41,782 bases of DNA from an uncultured Lysobacter sp. (GCA_965650425.1 CBFGOS010000001.1:1-41782), one strand, 5' to 3'; shown: positions 18,203-29,409, counted from the stretch's first letter. The notes: generated from the letters alone by a model not told the origin. Translations and numbers: made by a program.

Positions 18203-21079
18203 TTAGAACTTCTGGTTGTACTGCAGGTAGATGTAACGACCCGGGATTTCATACTGCGGGTCGAAGCTGTTGGCGAACGTCGAGAACGACACCGGCGGCT
18301 GCTTGTCGAACGCGTTGTTCACGCCCAGGGTGATGCGGGCGTTCCACGGCGCCTTCCAGTAACCGGTGATGTCGTGGTACGTGACGCTGCCGATGCGGTT
18401 CTCGGCGGCGTTCACCGGGTTGCCATCTTCGTCCTCGACGTAGCGGTCCGGATCCGAGCACAGGTCGCCGAAGCCGTAGTCAACCATGAACTGGCAGTCT
18501 TCGGTCTGGTTCGAGTAGAAACGCGAAGCCCAGGTGGCACCGAAGTCGCCCATTTCCCAACGGGCCATCAGGTTGCTGCGGATGCGCCAGTAGTTGTCAC
18601 GGTCGTAGTACTCGCCGACCAGGTTGTTGCCGTCGCTGTTGTTCTCGAAGTGGGACATGTAGGTGCTGTCCCAGGTGAAGCTGAACTTGCCGAAGGAGGT
18701 TTCCGGCAGACGGTAGTTGACCGTCATGTCGTAGCCTTCCACTTCAGTGGTGGCGAAGTTCACGCCCGAGGACAGCAGGAAGTCGATGTTGCCACCGGCG
18801 CCGCGGGTGTAGTTGCCGCAGAACGCGGTCTCACCGTCACGAATGCAGCGGTTGAGGATCGTCTGGCCACCGAAGCCGGAGATGGCGTCGGTCAGCTCGA
18901 TCTTCCACCAGTCCAGCGACATGTCGAAGCCTTCGATGAAGCCCGGGTTCCACACCAGACCCAGGGTGCGGGTCTCGGACTTCTCCGGCTGCAGGTTCGG
19001 GTTGCCGCCGGTGCTGATGCGGATCTGCGAGTTGCCCTGGTCATAGCCACCGACCGGCACGCCCTGCGCGTGGCAGCGGGCCTTCTGTTCCGCGGTCAGG
19101 CCGTTGTAGCCGCCACCGAAGGTGGTCGAGCACGGGTCGGCAATCTGCGGGAACGAGTCGGACACGCCCTGGTACAGCTCGGCGATGGACGGGGCGCGGA
19201 AGCCTTCCGACCAGTTGCCGCGGATCATCAGGTCTTCGATCGGACGCCACTTGAAGCCGAACTTGGCATTGGTGGTGTCGCCGAAGTTGCTGTAGTCCGA
19301 GTAACGGCCGGCGATGCTGAACTCCAGCTCCTTGGCCAGCACGACGTCACGCAGCAGCGGGATCGCGAACTCGAGGTAGGCTTCCTCGACGCTGTAACCG
19401 CCAGCCGTCGGGGTACGGGCGTTGCCCGTGGTCTGGCCGGCCGAGATCAGGGCGTCCGGAGCGTCAAAGCCCGATTCCTCGCGGCGCTCAACGCCAGCCG
19501 CGAACGAGAACATGCCGCCCGGCAGTTCGAAGATCTCGCCGCTCACGTTGGCGAAGTACTGCTTCATCTCGTAGCCGAAGTTGTCGTGCGCTTCGAACGA
19601 GGTGTAGGCCAGCATTTCCGGCGTGATCGAACCGACGCCGCCCAGCAGGTTCATCGGGACGCAGCCCGGAATCACGCTGCCACCCAGCGAGGTGACGCAC
19701 ACCGGCACGCCGTTGCGGATCTCGGACGGGCCAAGAGCGGCCTTCAGTGCGGCAACGTTGAACAGACCGAACGTGGTGTCGGACTGGTCATTGCGGCCGT
19801 ACACCATGCCCGCATCCCACGAGAAGAAGCGGTCGGCGAACTCGAAGCTGCCTTCCAGGCCACCGGTGAACGCGTAGGTGTCGATGTTCTGGTTGAAGGA
19901 GCGACCACCGGTCTCCACGGCGCGGCGCTGGATGCGCGACACCGGACGGCCGAACGGGTTGTAGATGCTGTCCGCGCTGATGTGCACGGTGCGGGCCTGG
20001 ACGCCAGCGCCCGGGCCGGTGCCCAGCACGATCGGCATCGCCGCGAGCAGCTGCTCCGACTTGCGGTTGTTGTAGGTCGCCTGCACGAAGGCGCTGACGT
20101 CGTCGGTCAGGTTGAGCGAAGCGCGACCGAAGATCGAGATGCGCTCCTGCGGGGTGACCAGGTAGTTGTCCGGGGCGAAGTTGTAGATGTCCGCCGGGAT
20201 CAGGAACGGACGCCACGCACTCGGGGTGGAACCCGGGTTGTACGTGAAGGTACCGCCAGCGCCGTTCGGCTGCGTCTGGGTGCCCGAGCAGGCGCCCGAG
20301 ACCGGGTTCACCGTGCCGTTGCAGACCGCGAAGCGGCCGTCCGGCGAGGTGGAGCTGCCGAACGAGGTGCCGGTGCCCCACAGCGGGACCGACGAGATCT
20401 CGCGGTCGCCCGCCATAACCGGCTCTTCCTTGACGTAACCCGCGCCGAACATGGCGCTGAAGCGGTCGTCGGCGGTGCCGATGGTGATGTCGTACGACTG
20501 GCGGGTGCCGTCACCCTTGTCGAACTGACCGAAGTGCGCATTGGCTTCCGCGCCCTGGTACTTGTCGCGCAGGATCACGTTGACCACGCCGGCGATGGCG
20601 TCCGATCCGTAGATGACCGAGGCGCCGTCCTTCAGGACTTCGATGCGCTCGACCATGGCGGTCGGGATGGTGTTCAGGTCGACCGCGCCACCGAGACCGG
20701 TGCCGCCGACCCAACGACGGCCGTTGACCAGCACCAGGGTGCGGCTCGAGCCGAGGTTACGCAGGCTGACGCGGGTTTCGCCGTTGCCGCCGTTGTTGTA
20801 GGTGGTGTTGAGGGTCGAGCCGTTGGACGTGATGTTCTGGATCACGTCACCGACCGAGGTCAGGCCCTGGGCCTGGATGTCGGCGCGGTCGAGGGTGAAG
20901 ATCGGCTGCGAGGTTTCGACTTCGGCGCGCTTGATGCGCGAGCCGGTCACTTCGATGCGATCCAGGGTGGTGGTCTCTTCCTGCTGGGCTTCCTGCGCAA
21001 ACGCAACGCCGGTGCCCGCAGTGCCGACGACGAGCGCGAAGGAAATCGCGTCGCGCAGCTTGTTGGTCTTAAAGGTCAT
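18203..21079 (-). CDS. TonB-dependent outer membrane receptor
   Basis: Signal peptide, TonB box TLDRIEVTGS, plug motifs RTLVLVNGRR and ERIEVLKDGASVIYGSDAIAGVVN, C-terminal YNQKF; ATG 21079 with GGAGAG RBS. Confidence 0.95.
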   Translation of the reverse strand: MTFKTNKLRDAISFALVVGTAGTGVAFAQEAQQEETTTLDRIEVTGSRIKRAEVETSQPIFTLDRADIQAQGLTSVGDVIQNITSNGSTLNTTYNNGGNGETRVSLRNLGSSRTLVLVNGRRWVGGTGLGGAVDLNTIPTAMVERIEVLKDGASVIYGSDAIAGVVNVILRDKYQGAEANAHFGQFDKGDGTRQSYDITIGTADDRFSAMFGAGYVKEEPVMAGDREISSVPLWGTGTSFGSSTSPDGRFAVCNGTVNPVSGACSGTQTQPNGAGGTFTYNPGSTPSAWRPFLIPADIYNFAPDNYLVTPQERISIFGRASLNLTDDVSAFVQATYNNRKSEQLLAAMPIVLGTGPGAGVQARTVHISADSIYNPFGRPVSRIQRRAVETGGRSFNQNIDTYAFTGGLEGSFEFADRFFSWDAGMVYGRNDQSDTTFGLFNVAALKAALGPSEIRNGVPVCVTSLGGSVIPGCVPMNLLGGVGSITPEMLAYTSFEAHDNFGYEMKQYFANVSGEIFELPGGMFSFAAGVERREESGFDAPDALISAGQTTGNARTPTAGGYSVEEAYLEFAIPLLRDVVLAKELEFSIAGRYSDYSNFGDTTNAKFGFKWRPIEDLMIRGNWSEGFRAPSIAELYQGVSDSFPQIADPCSTTFGGGYNGLTAEQKARCHAQGVPVGGYDQGNSQIRISTGGNPNLQPEKSETRTLGLVWNPGFIEGFDMSLDWWKIELTDAISGFGGQTILNRCIRDGETAFCGNYTRGAGGNIDFLLSSGVNFATTEVEGYDMTVNYRLPETSFGKFSFTWDSTYMSHFENNSDGNNLVGEYYDRDNYWRIRSNLMARWEMGDFGATWASRFYSNQTEDCQFMVDYGFGDLCSDPDRYVEDEDGNPVNAAENRIGSVTYHDITGYWKAPWNARITLGVNNAFDKQPPVSFSTFANSFDPQYEIPGRYIYLQYNQKF

Positions 21080-21191
21080 CTCTCTCTCCAAGTGAAGGCT
21101 TGGTAATTCCCATGGGAACCTCACCAGTGGAGTCAAGAAAGACACCAAATCCGGCAAGGCCGTCCGGATAGTAGCCCCCTTGGAGCGAAAA

Positions 21192-21207
21192 TTAAAGTGT
21201 CGTTAAC
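21192..21207. promoter_or_regulatory. TTAA-N7-TTAAC 11-bp-period repeat, candidate regulator box
   Basis: TTAAAGTGTCGTTAAC in an AT-rich island upstream of the receptor; related TTTA-N7-TTAAC at 22274-22289. Confidence 0.35.
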
Positions 21208-21214
21208 AAATGCG

Positions 21215-21243
21215 AAGGCCGCCCTCACGGGCGGCCTTGTTTG
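21215..21243. terminator. hairpin, probable terminator of the 21333-22208 gene
   Basis: AAGGCCGCCC-TCAC-GGGCGGCCTT; U-tails imperfect. Confidence 0.6.
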
Positions 21244-21332
21244 CCTTGAAAATCAATGCTTTAAGGGTGCATGCACACCCTCGTCATGCCCGTCTCGCGA
21301 CTTATCGCGGTGCCGCCAGCGTGAAAATTTTG

Positions 21333-22208
21333 TCAGAGGTCCTGCTCGTACCGCACATACGGCACGGTACCTTCATTGTCGCCCTGGTTGCGGGGGGCAA
21401 ACGGATTCCGGCCGCGGGTCACCACGTTCTCGGCGCCGACGGTCAGCTGGCCGCTCCATGGGGTGCGCCAGGTCAGGCCCACGCCGAGCCCTTCCCAATG
21501 GCCGGGCTGGCTTGGGGTTTCAACCACGCGGCCGATGATGTTGGCGCTGAAGGCGCCCTTGCCCGCGCCGATCGTCAACGACCGGGTGGTCCACTGGTCG
21601 GCCAGTTCCGTGCTGGCCTGGCCGACCGGAATGAGCGTGGCGCGTGCCCACGTGCCGCCAATGGAGACCGTGGCTTCCGACCCGATGTGCTTCTGGCCGT
21701 AGACCGTCAGGGTGTTCTGCTCGAGTTTGCTGGACCGGGCATTGGGCGTCAGCCACGCCGGGAGCGAGTCGCGCCCGGTGCCCAGCGCCACGCCAATGCG
21801 GCCCGCCGCGCGGGTCAGGGTGGCTCCCACGGTGCCTTGGCGGCTGCCACGCCCGCTGCGGTCCTGGTCGAGGGACGCCAGCATGCAATGGTTGGCCAGG
21901 TTGCCGATGGCGTTGGATAGGCCGGTCTTGCGGTCGCAGACCAGCCCGAGCGTATCGCCGGTCTCCAGGCCAAATGCGGCGTCCAGCGAGGATTGGCCAA
22001 CGCGCCACCGGGCACCGGCGACGGGAGTCGTCGTGGGCTCCAGCAGCAGGTAAGCCTCGACCTTGCCGCTGGCGTTGTTCAATACGGGGAGGACCGCGGC
22101 CTTTTCACCCTGAGCCGGGGTGCGGGCCTTGGACTGCGCGTGCGCGCCCGTGGCCACGCCCAAGGCGAGCATCAGGGTCAGCGACAGTGGCAGCAGGCGC
22201 GGATACAT
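21333..22208 (-). CDS. exported hypothetical protein, possibly an outer-membrane beta-stranded protein
   Basis: Signal peptide ending AHA; alternating amphipathic segments (GLGVGLTW, YVRYEQDL C-terminus); one Cys pair. Confidence 0.7.
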   Translation of the reverse strand: MYPRLLPLSLTLMLALGVATGAHAQSKARTPAQGEKAAVLPVLNNASGKVEAYLLLEPTTTPVAGARWRVGQSSLDAAFGLETGDTLGLVCDRKTGLSNAIGNLANHCMLASLDQDRSGRGSRQGTVGATLTRAAGRIGVALGTGRDSLPAWLTPNARSSKLEQNTLTVYGQKHIGSEATVSIGGTWARATLIPVGQASTELADQWTTRSLTIGAGKGAFSANIIGRVVETPSQPGHWEGLGVGLTWRTPWSGQLTVGAENVVTRGRNPFAPRNQGDNEGTVPYVRYEQDL

Positions 22209-22333
22209 GGTGTACGTATCGACCGGTGCGGATCGACGAAGTTCCCCTAAGTCTGGAGCCAGACTTTAACGAATTTATACTTCCTTAACAATCACGCCGT
22301 CACAGAATGGGCACTTGCTGCCGCTGCGGGACA

Positions 22334-23266
22334 CTACTGGGGGCGTTCGGGCGCCTCATGGGTGCCTTGGGCCGCGTCCAGCAGGTTCTCGATCTCGTGG
22401 GAGCTGAGACGATACTCTTCCCCGCAGAACTCGCAACGTACCTTGGCCTCACCATCGGCCGCGGCCGCGCGGGCCTCGTCGGCGCCCAGCGAGACCAGCA
22501 TCGACTCCACCCGTTCGCGGGAGCAGGAGCAGGCGAACCGCAAAGGTCGCGAGCCCAGCAGGCGGACGTCCTCCTGGTGGAAGAGGCGGGTGAGCAGCGT
22601 CGACGTGTCGCACGCCAGCAGTTCGTCCGGCCCCAGGGTGTCGAACAGGGCGCCCACGTGGTTCCAGCCCTCGGCGTCTCCCTCGTCCCCGGGCAGCTTT
22701 TGCAGCATCAGCCCCGCCGCGCGCTGGTCGTCGACGGCCAACAGCAGGCGCGTGGGCAGCTGTTCGGACTGGCGGAAGTAACCTTCGAACGCACCGGCCA
22801 GCGAGTCGGTGTCCAGCGCCACCAGGCCCTGGTAGCGAATTGGCTCGCGGTTGCCAAACGCGGGGTTCTCGATGGTGATGGCCAGGATCGCGTCGTCACC
22901 CAACGCGCGCAGGTCGCGCGAGACCGGGCCGTCGCCACTTAGTTGGGCAATGCCGCGCAGGGTGCCCGCCGCCGTGCATTCGGCGAACAGCGTGCGTAGC
23001 ACGGTCTGGCTGCGCAACTGCACGGAGAGGCGGCCTTCGACTTTGGCATGGCCGGTGAACAGTGCGGCGGCCGCGGATGCTTCGCCCAGCAGCGCCACTG
23101 CCGAGGCGGGCGGTATCACCCCTTCCTGCGGGCTGCCGGTGGCGCGCTGGCGGATCTGCTGCCAGGTTTCGTCCAGGTGCACGAGCACGCCGCGGACCCC
23201 GGCATCCTCGATCAGGAAGCGGGTGAGCTGGTCGCGGTCGTCGGGGGAGGAAGCGGGGTCGGTCAT
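22334..23266 (-). CDS. hslO: Hsp33 redox-regulated chaperone
   Basis: [27 protein letters not shown]...CEFC zinc site; start 23266 or 23278. Confidence 0.93.
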   Translation of the reverse strand: MTDPASSPDDRDQLTRFLIEDAGVRGVLVHLDETWQQIRQRATGSPQEGVIPPASAVALLGEASAAAALFTGHAKVEGRLSVQLRSQTVLRTLFAECTAAGTLRGIAQLSGDGPVSRDLRALGDDAILAITIENPAFGNREPIRYQGLVALDTDSLAGAFEGYFRQSEQLPTRLLLAVDDQRAAGLMLQKLPGDEGDAEGWNHVGALFDTLGPDELLACDTSTLLTRLFHQEDVRLLGSRPLRFACSCSRERVESMLVSLGADEARAAAADGEAKVRCEFCGEEYRLSSHEIENLLDAAQGTHEAPERPQ

Positions 23267-23301
23267 GGGGGCGCTCATGCTGGGGGCGCGCATCGCGGAT
23301 A

Positions 23302-24111
23302 ATGCGGACTGGCGCGCGGGACAGATGGCGCGGACATGGGGGCGATGCCTTGGTTGTGCAAGATGTGGGGGGTGCGGTGAAAGGAAGGTCGACGCGACAG
23401 AGGCGGTTGCGGTGGCGGCGCTGGCTGGTCGCGTTGCCGCTGTTGTTCGTGCTGGCAACCGTGTTGCAGGTAGTGGTGCTGCGGTTCGTGGACCCGCCCT
23501 TCAGTGCGTTCATGGTGGCCAGGCAACTGGAGGCTTGGGGCGAGGGCGACTGGCGGTTCCGCGTCGCGTACGACTGGCGAGACCTGGAGGACATCTCCGC
23601 ACATGTGCCCCTGGCCATGGTGGCGGCGGAGGATCAGCGGTTCGCAGAGCACTTCGGCTTCGACCTCAAAGCCATCGAAAAAGCGCACAAGAGCAATGCG
23701 CGTGGGCGCAGGGTGCGCGGTGGCAGCACCATCACCCAGCAGGCAGCCAAGAACCTGTTCCTGTGGCAGGGCAGCAGCCGGCCTTCCCGCTGGGTGCGCA
23801 AGGGCGTGGAGGCCTGGTACACGTTGTTGATCGAGGCCCTGTGGCCCAAGCACCGCATCCTGGAGGTGTACGTCAACATCGTCGAACTGGGCGATGGCGT
23901 GTATGGCGCCCAGGCAGCGGCGCGCACCTTCTTCAACAAGAACGCATCGCGGTTGGCGCCGGCAGAAGCAGCGCGCATGGCGGCGGTGTTGCCGAGTCCG
24001 CGCCGCTACAGCATTGCCCGGCCGGGACCCTACGTGCAGCGGCGCAGCCGGGCGATCCAGCGGCAGATGCGCTACATCGGTGGTGCCGCGTACCTGCGTG
24101 AATTGGATTGA
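23302..24111 (+). CDS. mtgA: monofunctional peptidoglycan transglycosylase
   Basis: [44 protein letters not shown]; start uncertain. Confidence 0.93.
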   Translation: MRTGARDRWRGHGGDALVVQDVGGAVKGRSTRQRRLRWRRWLVALPLLFVLATVLQVVVLRFVDPPFSAFMVARQLEAWGEGDWRFRVAYDWRDLEDISAHVPLAMVAAEDQRFAEHFGFDLKAIEKAHKSNARGRRVRGGSTITQQAAKNLFLWQGSSRPSRWVRKGVEAWYTLLIEALWPKHRILEVYVNIVELGDGVYGAQAAARTFFNKNASRLAPAEAARMAAVLPSPRRYSIARPGPYVQRRSRAIQRQMRYIGGAAYLRELD

Positions 24112-24193
24112 AGCCGGGGTGGTCGTCGCGTCCCGACGCGGGTCGCGGTTTTCGCAATGGGCGTTTGCCGGGAGGCGCGGGTAACATCCCCGC

Positions 24194-25219
24194 ATGACCC
24201 GGGATCATCTGACCATCGTCGTCGCGGCCTACAATGAGGCCGAGAGCCTGCCATTGCTGCACCCACGCCTGCTGGCGGTGATGGATGCGCTGGAGGCGGA
24301 CGCCAACCTCGCCTGCCGCGTGCTGTACGTCGACGATGGCAGCCGTGACGGGACGTGGGCGGTGATGCAGCAGCTTGCAGCTGCCGACGGTCGGGTGGCG
24401 CTGCTGCGGCTGTCACGCAACTTCGGCAAGGAGCTGGCGCTCACCGCAGGCCTGGACCGGGTGGAGCGGGGGGCGGCACTGATCCTGGACGCCGACGGGC
24501 AGGACCCGCCGGAGCTGATTCCCGAGTTCGTGGCCAAGTGGCGCGAGGGGTACGACGACGTGCATGGCACGCGCCTGGAGCGGGACGGCGAGGGCTGGCT
24601 CAAGCGCGCCACCGCGCACCTGTTCTATCGGGTGATCGGCCGGCTTTCGAGGACGCCGATCCCGGCCGACACGGGCGACTTCCGCCTGTTGTCGCCGCGC
24701 GCACTGGCGGCATTGCAGCAGTTGCGCGAGCGCAACCGTTTCATGAAAGGCCTGTTCGGGTGGGTGGGTTACAACCGTTTCGCGCTGCCGTACCACCGGG
24801 AGGCGCGCAATGCGGGGCAAAGCAAGTTCAACTTCTGGCGGCTGTGGAACCTGGCGCTGGAGGGGATCACGAGCTTCACCACCGCGCCGCTGCGGTTGGC
24901 GACCTACCTGGGTCTGCTCACTGCGCTGGTGGCCTTCTGTTATGGCCTCTGGGTGGTGGCGAAGGCGTTGCTATGGGGTGATCCGGTCGCCGGTTGGCCC
25001 AGCATGATGGCGGTCATCCTGTTCCTGGGCGGGGTGCAACTGATCGCGCTGGGCGTGATCGGCGAGTACCTCGGGCGCCTTTACGACGAGTCCAAGCAGC
25101 GGCCGCTGTACCTGGTGGACAGCTGGCGACCGGAGACAGGAGTATCCTCGGAGCCAAGCCCCGTCGGAGGAGTCGGTCATGCGTACCGTTCGGCACCTGC
25201 TGGAAGCGAAATCGGCTGA
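24194..25219 (+). CDS. GT2 polyprenol-phosphate glycosyltransferase (GtrB/ArnC-like)
   Basis: AYNEAESL, VDDGSRD, SRNFGKE, DADGQDPP, GDFRL, two C-terminal TM helices. Confidence 0.9.
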   Translation: MTRDHLTIVVAAYNEAESLPLLHPRLLAVMDALEADANLACRVLYVDDGSRDGTWAVMQQLAAADGRVALLRLSRNFGKELALTAGLDRVERGAALILDADGQDPPELIPEFVAKWREGYDDVHGTRLERDGEGWLKRATAHLFYRVIGRLSRTPIPADTGDFRLLSPRALAALQQLRERNRFMKGLFGWVGYNRFALPYHREARNAGQSKFNFWRLWNLALEGITSFTTAPLRLATYLGLLTALVAFCYGLWVVAKALLWGDPVAGWPSMMAVILFLGGVQLIALGVIGEYLGRLYDESKQRPLYLVDSWRPETGVSSEPSPVGGVGHAYRSAPAGSEIG

Positions 25220-25607
25220 CATCTATTCCATTGCGCCCCACGCACCGGTCATTGACGCGGTGCGGCTGATGGCCGAGCGCAGCATCGGCGCGCTGCTGGT
25301 CATGGAGGGGGCGCGGCTGGTGGGGATCGTGTCCGAGCGCGACTACGCGCGAAAGGTCGTGTTGCAGGGGCGCGCGTCCGCCGACACGCCGGTATCGGCG
25401 ATCATGACTTCGCAACTGGTCACTGTCCGTCCGGAGGACACGGTCGACTACTGCATGGCGATCGTGACGGACCGTCGCATCCGCCACTTGCCGGTGATGC
25501 GCGGCCAGGAACTCGTGGGGCTGGTGTCAATCGGAGATCTGGTGAAGGCCGTGATCGAGGACCAGCAGGTCGAACTGGACCAGCTGCAGCGGTACATCAC
25601 GTCCTGA
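25179..25607 (+). CDS. CBS-domain pair protein
   Basis: LVGIVSERDYARKV, RIRHLPV, GLVSIGDLVK; 41-bp overlap with the GT2 gene. Confidence 0.9.
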   Translation: MRTVRHLLEAKSADIYSIAPHAPVIDAVRLMAERSIGALLVMEGARLVGIVSERDYARKVVLQGRASADTPVSAIMTSQLVTVRPEDTVDYCMAIVTDRRIRHLPVMRGQELVGLVSIGDLVKAVIEDQQVELDQLQRYITS

Positions 25608-25624
25608 CGCGTTTCCCCACGCGT

Positions 25625-26326
25625 TTAGCCGTGCGGCAGCACCTGCGCCGTCACCGCGATGAAATGGCAGACGCTGCCGGCAATGACGAACAGGTGCCAG
25701 ATCGCGTGCGAGAAGCGCACGTTGGGCCGGTGGTAGAACACCGTGCCCAGGGTATAGGCGACGCCGCCGGCGATCAGCCAGCCGAACGTCCAGTCGTCCA
25801 GGGCCTGCAGCAGAGGCTTGATCGCCACGATCACGAGCCAGCCCATCGCGACGTAGAGCGCGGTCGAAAGCAGCTTGAACCGGCCGGTGAAGAACAGCTT
25901 GAACACCACGCCCCCGATCGCCAGGGCCCAGATCGTGCTGAACAGTGCCCATCCCCACGGGCCGCGCAAACCAATGAGGGTGAACGGGGTGTAGGTGCCG
26001 GCGATCAGCAGGTAGATGGCGCAGTGGTCGAAGACCTTCAGCCGCCCCTTCGCCACCGGGTGCTGGATGGCGTGATAAAGGGTGGAGGCGGTGTACAGCA
26101 GCAGGAGCGCCACGCCGAATACGATCGCGCTGGCCAGTTGCCAGCCGTCGCCGCGCATCGCGGCCAAGGTGATCAGGATGCCGCCGCCCGCCAGTGACGC
26201 CGCGGCGCCCACGCAGTGGGTCCAGGCGTTGGCCAGTTCCTCGCGCAGGTGGCGCTGGCGGGCCAGCAGTTCATCACTGGCCGACGCCTGTGGCGGCGAG
26301 GCTGAATGGATGTGGCTGGGCATCAT
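25625..26326 (-). CDS. trhA: hemolysin III / PAQR family membrane protein
   Basis: EELANAWTH, STLYH, DHCAIYLLIAGTYTPF, HAIWHLFV. Confidence 0.9.
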   Translation of the reverse strand: MMPSHIHSASPPQASASDELLARQRHLREELANAWTHCVGAAASLAGGGILITLAAMRGDGWQLASAIVFGVALLLLYTASTLYHAIQHPVAKGRLKVFDHCAIYLLIAGTYTPFTLIGLRGPWGWALFSTIWALAIGGVVFKLFFTGRFKLLSTALYVAMGWLVIVAIKPLLQALDDWTFGWLIAGGVAYTLGTVFYHRPNVRFSHAIWHLFVIAGSVCHFIAVTAQVLPHG

Positions 26327-26458
26327 GGGAGCAGCGTTCCGGAAAGCGCAGGAGCAGTGGCTCCAATCGCGACGCCTTGGGCGCCATCGTGGGGTTCCGC
26401 GCAGCATACCGCCGAAGGCGCCCGCCGCGTGGACCGGGCGCCCGTTTCCAACTCGATA

Positions 26459-28063
<1,605 letters not shown>

Positions 28064-28311
28064 GGCGGGTTTCGGCGCCCGGAGTTGGGGGCGCGGGAAG
28101 GGAAGGCAGGGAAGTTGGAGATTATACCTGCGCGGGTGGCCGCGGCCGCAGCAGTGTCCGGCGGCCGTTCGTCAAGCGCTCAGCCGGTTGCGGTGGTGGA
28201 TTTGTGCACCGCTGCACGGTTCGAACATCCCGTTGGGGCACCGGGTCAAGCCCGAGGCATGCTGGCCGTTACCGTTCTCGAACGCTTCATGCCTGCAGGA
28301 AAGGGGTCGTA

Positions 28312-29409
28312 GTGCGCATTGTCATCGTCGGGGAAGACACGGACCGAGCCGCGGAGTTCGACGAGCTCCTGTCGGATTTCGGACTGGATTGGCAGGTGGA
28401 TTGGCAGCCTGCGGGTTCACCGGTGGAGCCCGCGACGACGCCGGTCGATGTGTTTGTGTGTGGCCTTCGTCCGGGCGGGGTCGCCGGCTCCGAGTTGCTG
28501 GCCCGGGTGGCGGTGCTGCACTCGCAGGCGGTGCGCATCCTGTTGCTGGACCAGGCGGCGAGCGCTGCCGGCGCGGACGTGGTGCAGGGGCTGGACGGTG
28601 CGCACCGTGTGCTGGGACGTCCGTTGGACCCCGCCGAGCTGGTGGCCGCGGTCGAAAGCGTCATCGATCTGCGCGATTTGCTCGACAACGAGGCGCTGAA
28701 GCACGCGGTCGGGCGCGTCAGCTCGCTGCCGCCGCCGCCCCGCTTGTACCTGGAGTTGACCCGCCTGTTGCGGGATCCGGACGCCAGCAACGCCGCCATT
28801 GCGCAGGTCCTGTCGCAGGATCCCGCGATTGCCGCCAAGGTGCTGCGCCTGTGCAACTCGGCTTACTTCTCCGGCGGGCGCGAGATCAGCGACATGCGGT
28901 CGGCAGTGGTGAGGTTGGGCCACCAGACCCTGCTGCGGCTGGTGCTGGCCAGCGAAGCCTTCGGCGTGCCGCAATTTGGCAGCAACCCGGTACGAGAGGC
29001 GATGCAGGACCGCGCATTGCGCACGTCGAACCTCGCGCGTCGGGTGCTGTCCGGGCCCAGTGCAGAACTGGCAGCGACCGCCGGCCTGTTGGCCGAGGTC
29101 GGCCGCCTGCTCCCGGGTGTGTCGTCCGGTGCGGCGGGCGAGACGGGCCCCCACTATGCGGAGGCGGGCGCTTACCTGCTGGGCCTGTGGGGTTTGCCGA
29201 TGCCGATCGTGGAAGGCGTGGCGTACCACCATCGGCCGGCGCAATTGCGATCGGGTGGGTTCTGGGTGGCCGGGGCCGTGCATGTGGCCGCGGCGCTGGT
29301 GGCCGGCGAGACGCCCGACGAAGACTACCTGCGCTCGGTGGGCATGCTGGAACGCGTCCCACAATGGCGCGAGCTGGTGGAGCCATCCGCGCAGGGCGTG
29401 GCTGCCTGA
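28312..29409 (+). CDS. HDOD-domain signalling protein with degenerate N-terminal receiver
   Basis: LPPPP, QDPAIAAKVLRLCNSAYF, AVVRLG, GAYLLGLWGLP, YHH; GTG start at 28312. Confidence 0.85.
   Translation: MRIVIVGEDTDRAAEFDELLSDFGLDWQVDWQPAGSPVEPATTPVDVFVCGLRPGGVAGSELLARVAVLHSQAVRILLLDQAASAAGADVVQGLDGAHRVLGRPLDPAELVAAVESVIDLRDLLDNEALKHAVGRVSSLPPPPRLYLELTRLLRDPDASNAAIAQVLSQDPAIAAKVLRLCNSAYFSGGREISDMRSAVVRLGHQTLLRLVLASEAFGVPQFGSNPVREAMQDRALRTSNLARRVLSGPSAELAATAGLLAEVGRLLPGVSSGAAGETGPHYAEAGAYLLGLWGLPMPIVEGVAYHHRPAQLRSGGFWVAGAVHVAAALVAGETPDEDYLRSVGMLERVPQWRELVEPSAQGVAA

Noticed and set aside
18122-21333. Search for a RiPP precursor peptide beside the sulfotransferase cassette
   Set aside because: The intergenic gaps (18123-18202, 21080-21332) contain terminator/promoter elements and no convincing small ORF, so a RiPP call is unsupported here
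25625-26326. Hemolysin as virulence toxin
   Set aside because: HlyIII/PAQR proteins are widespread membrane-homeostasis proteins
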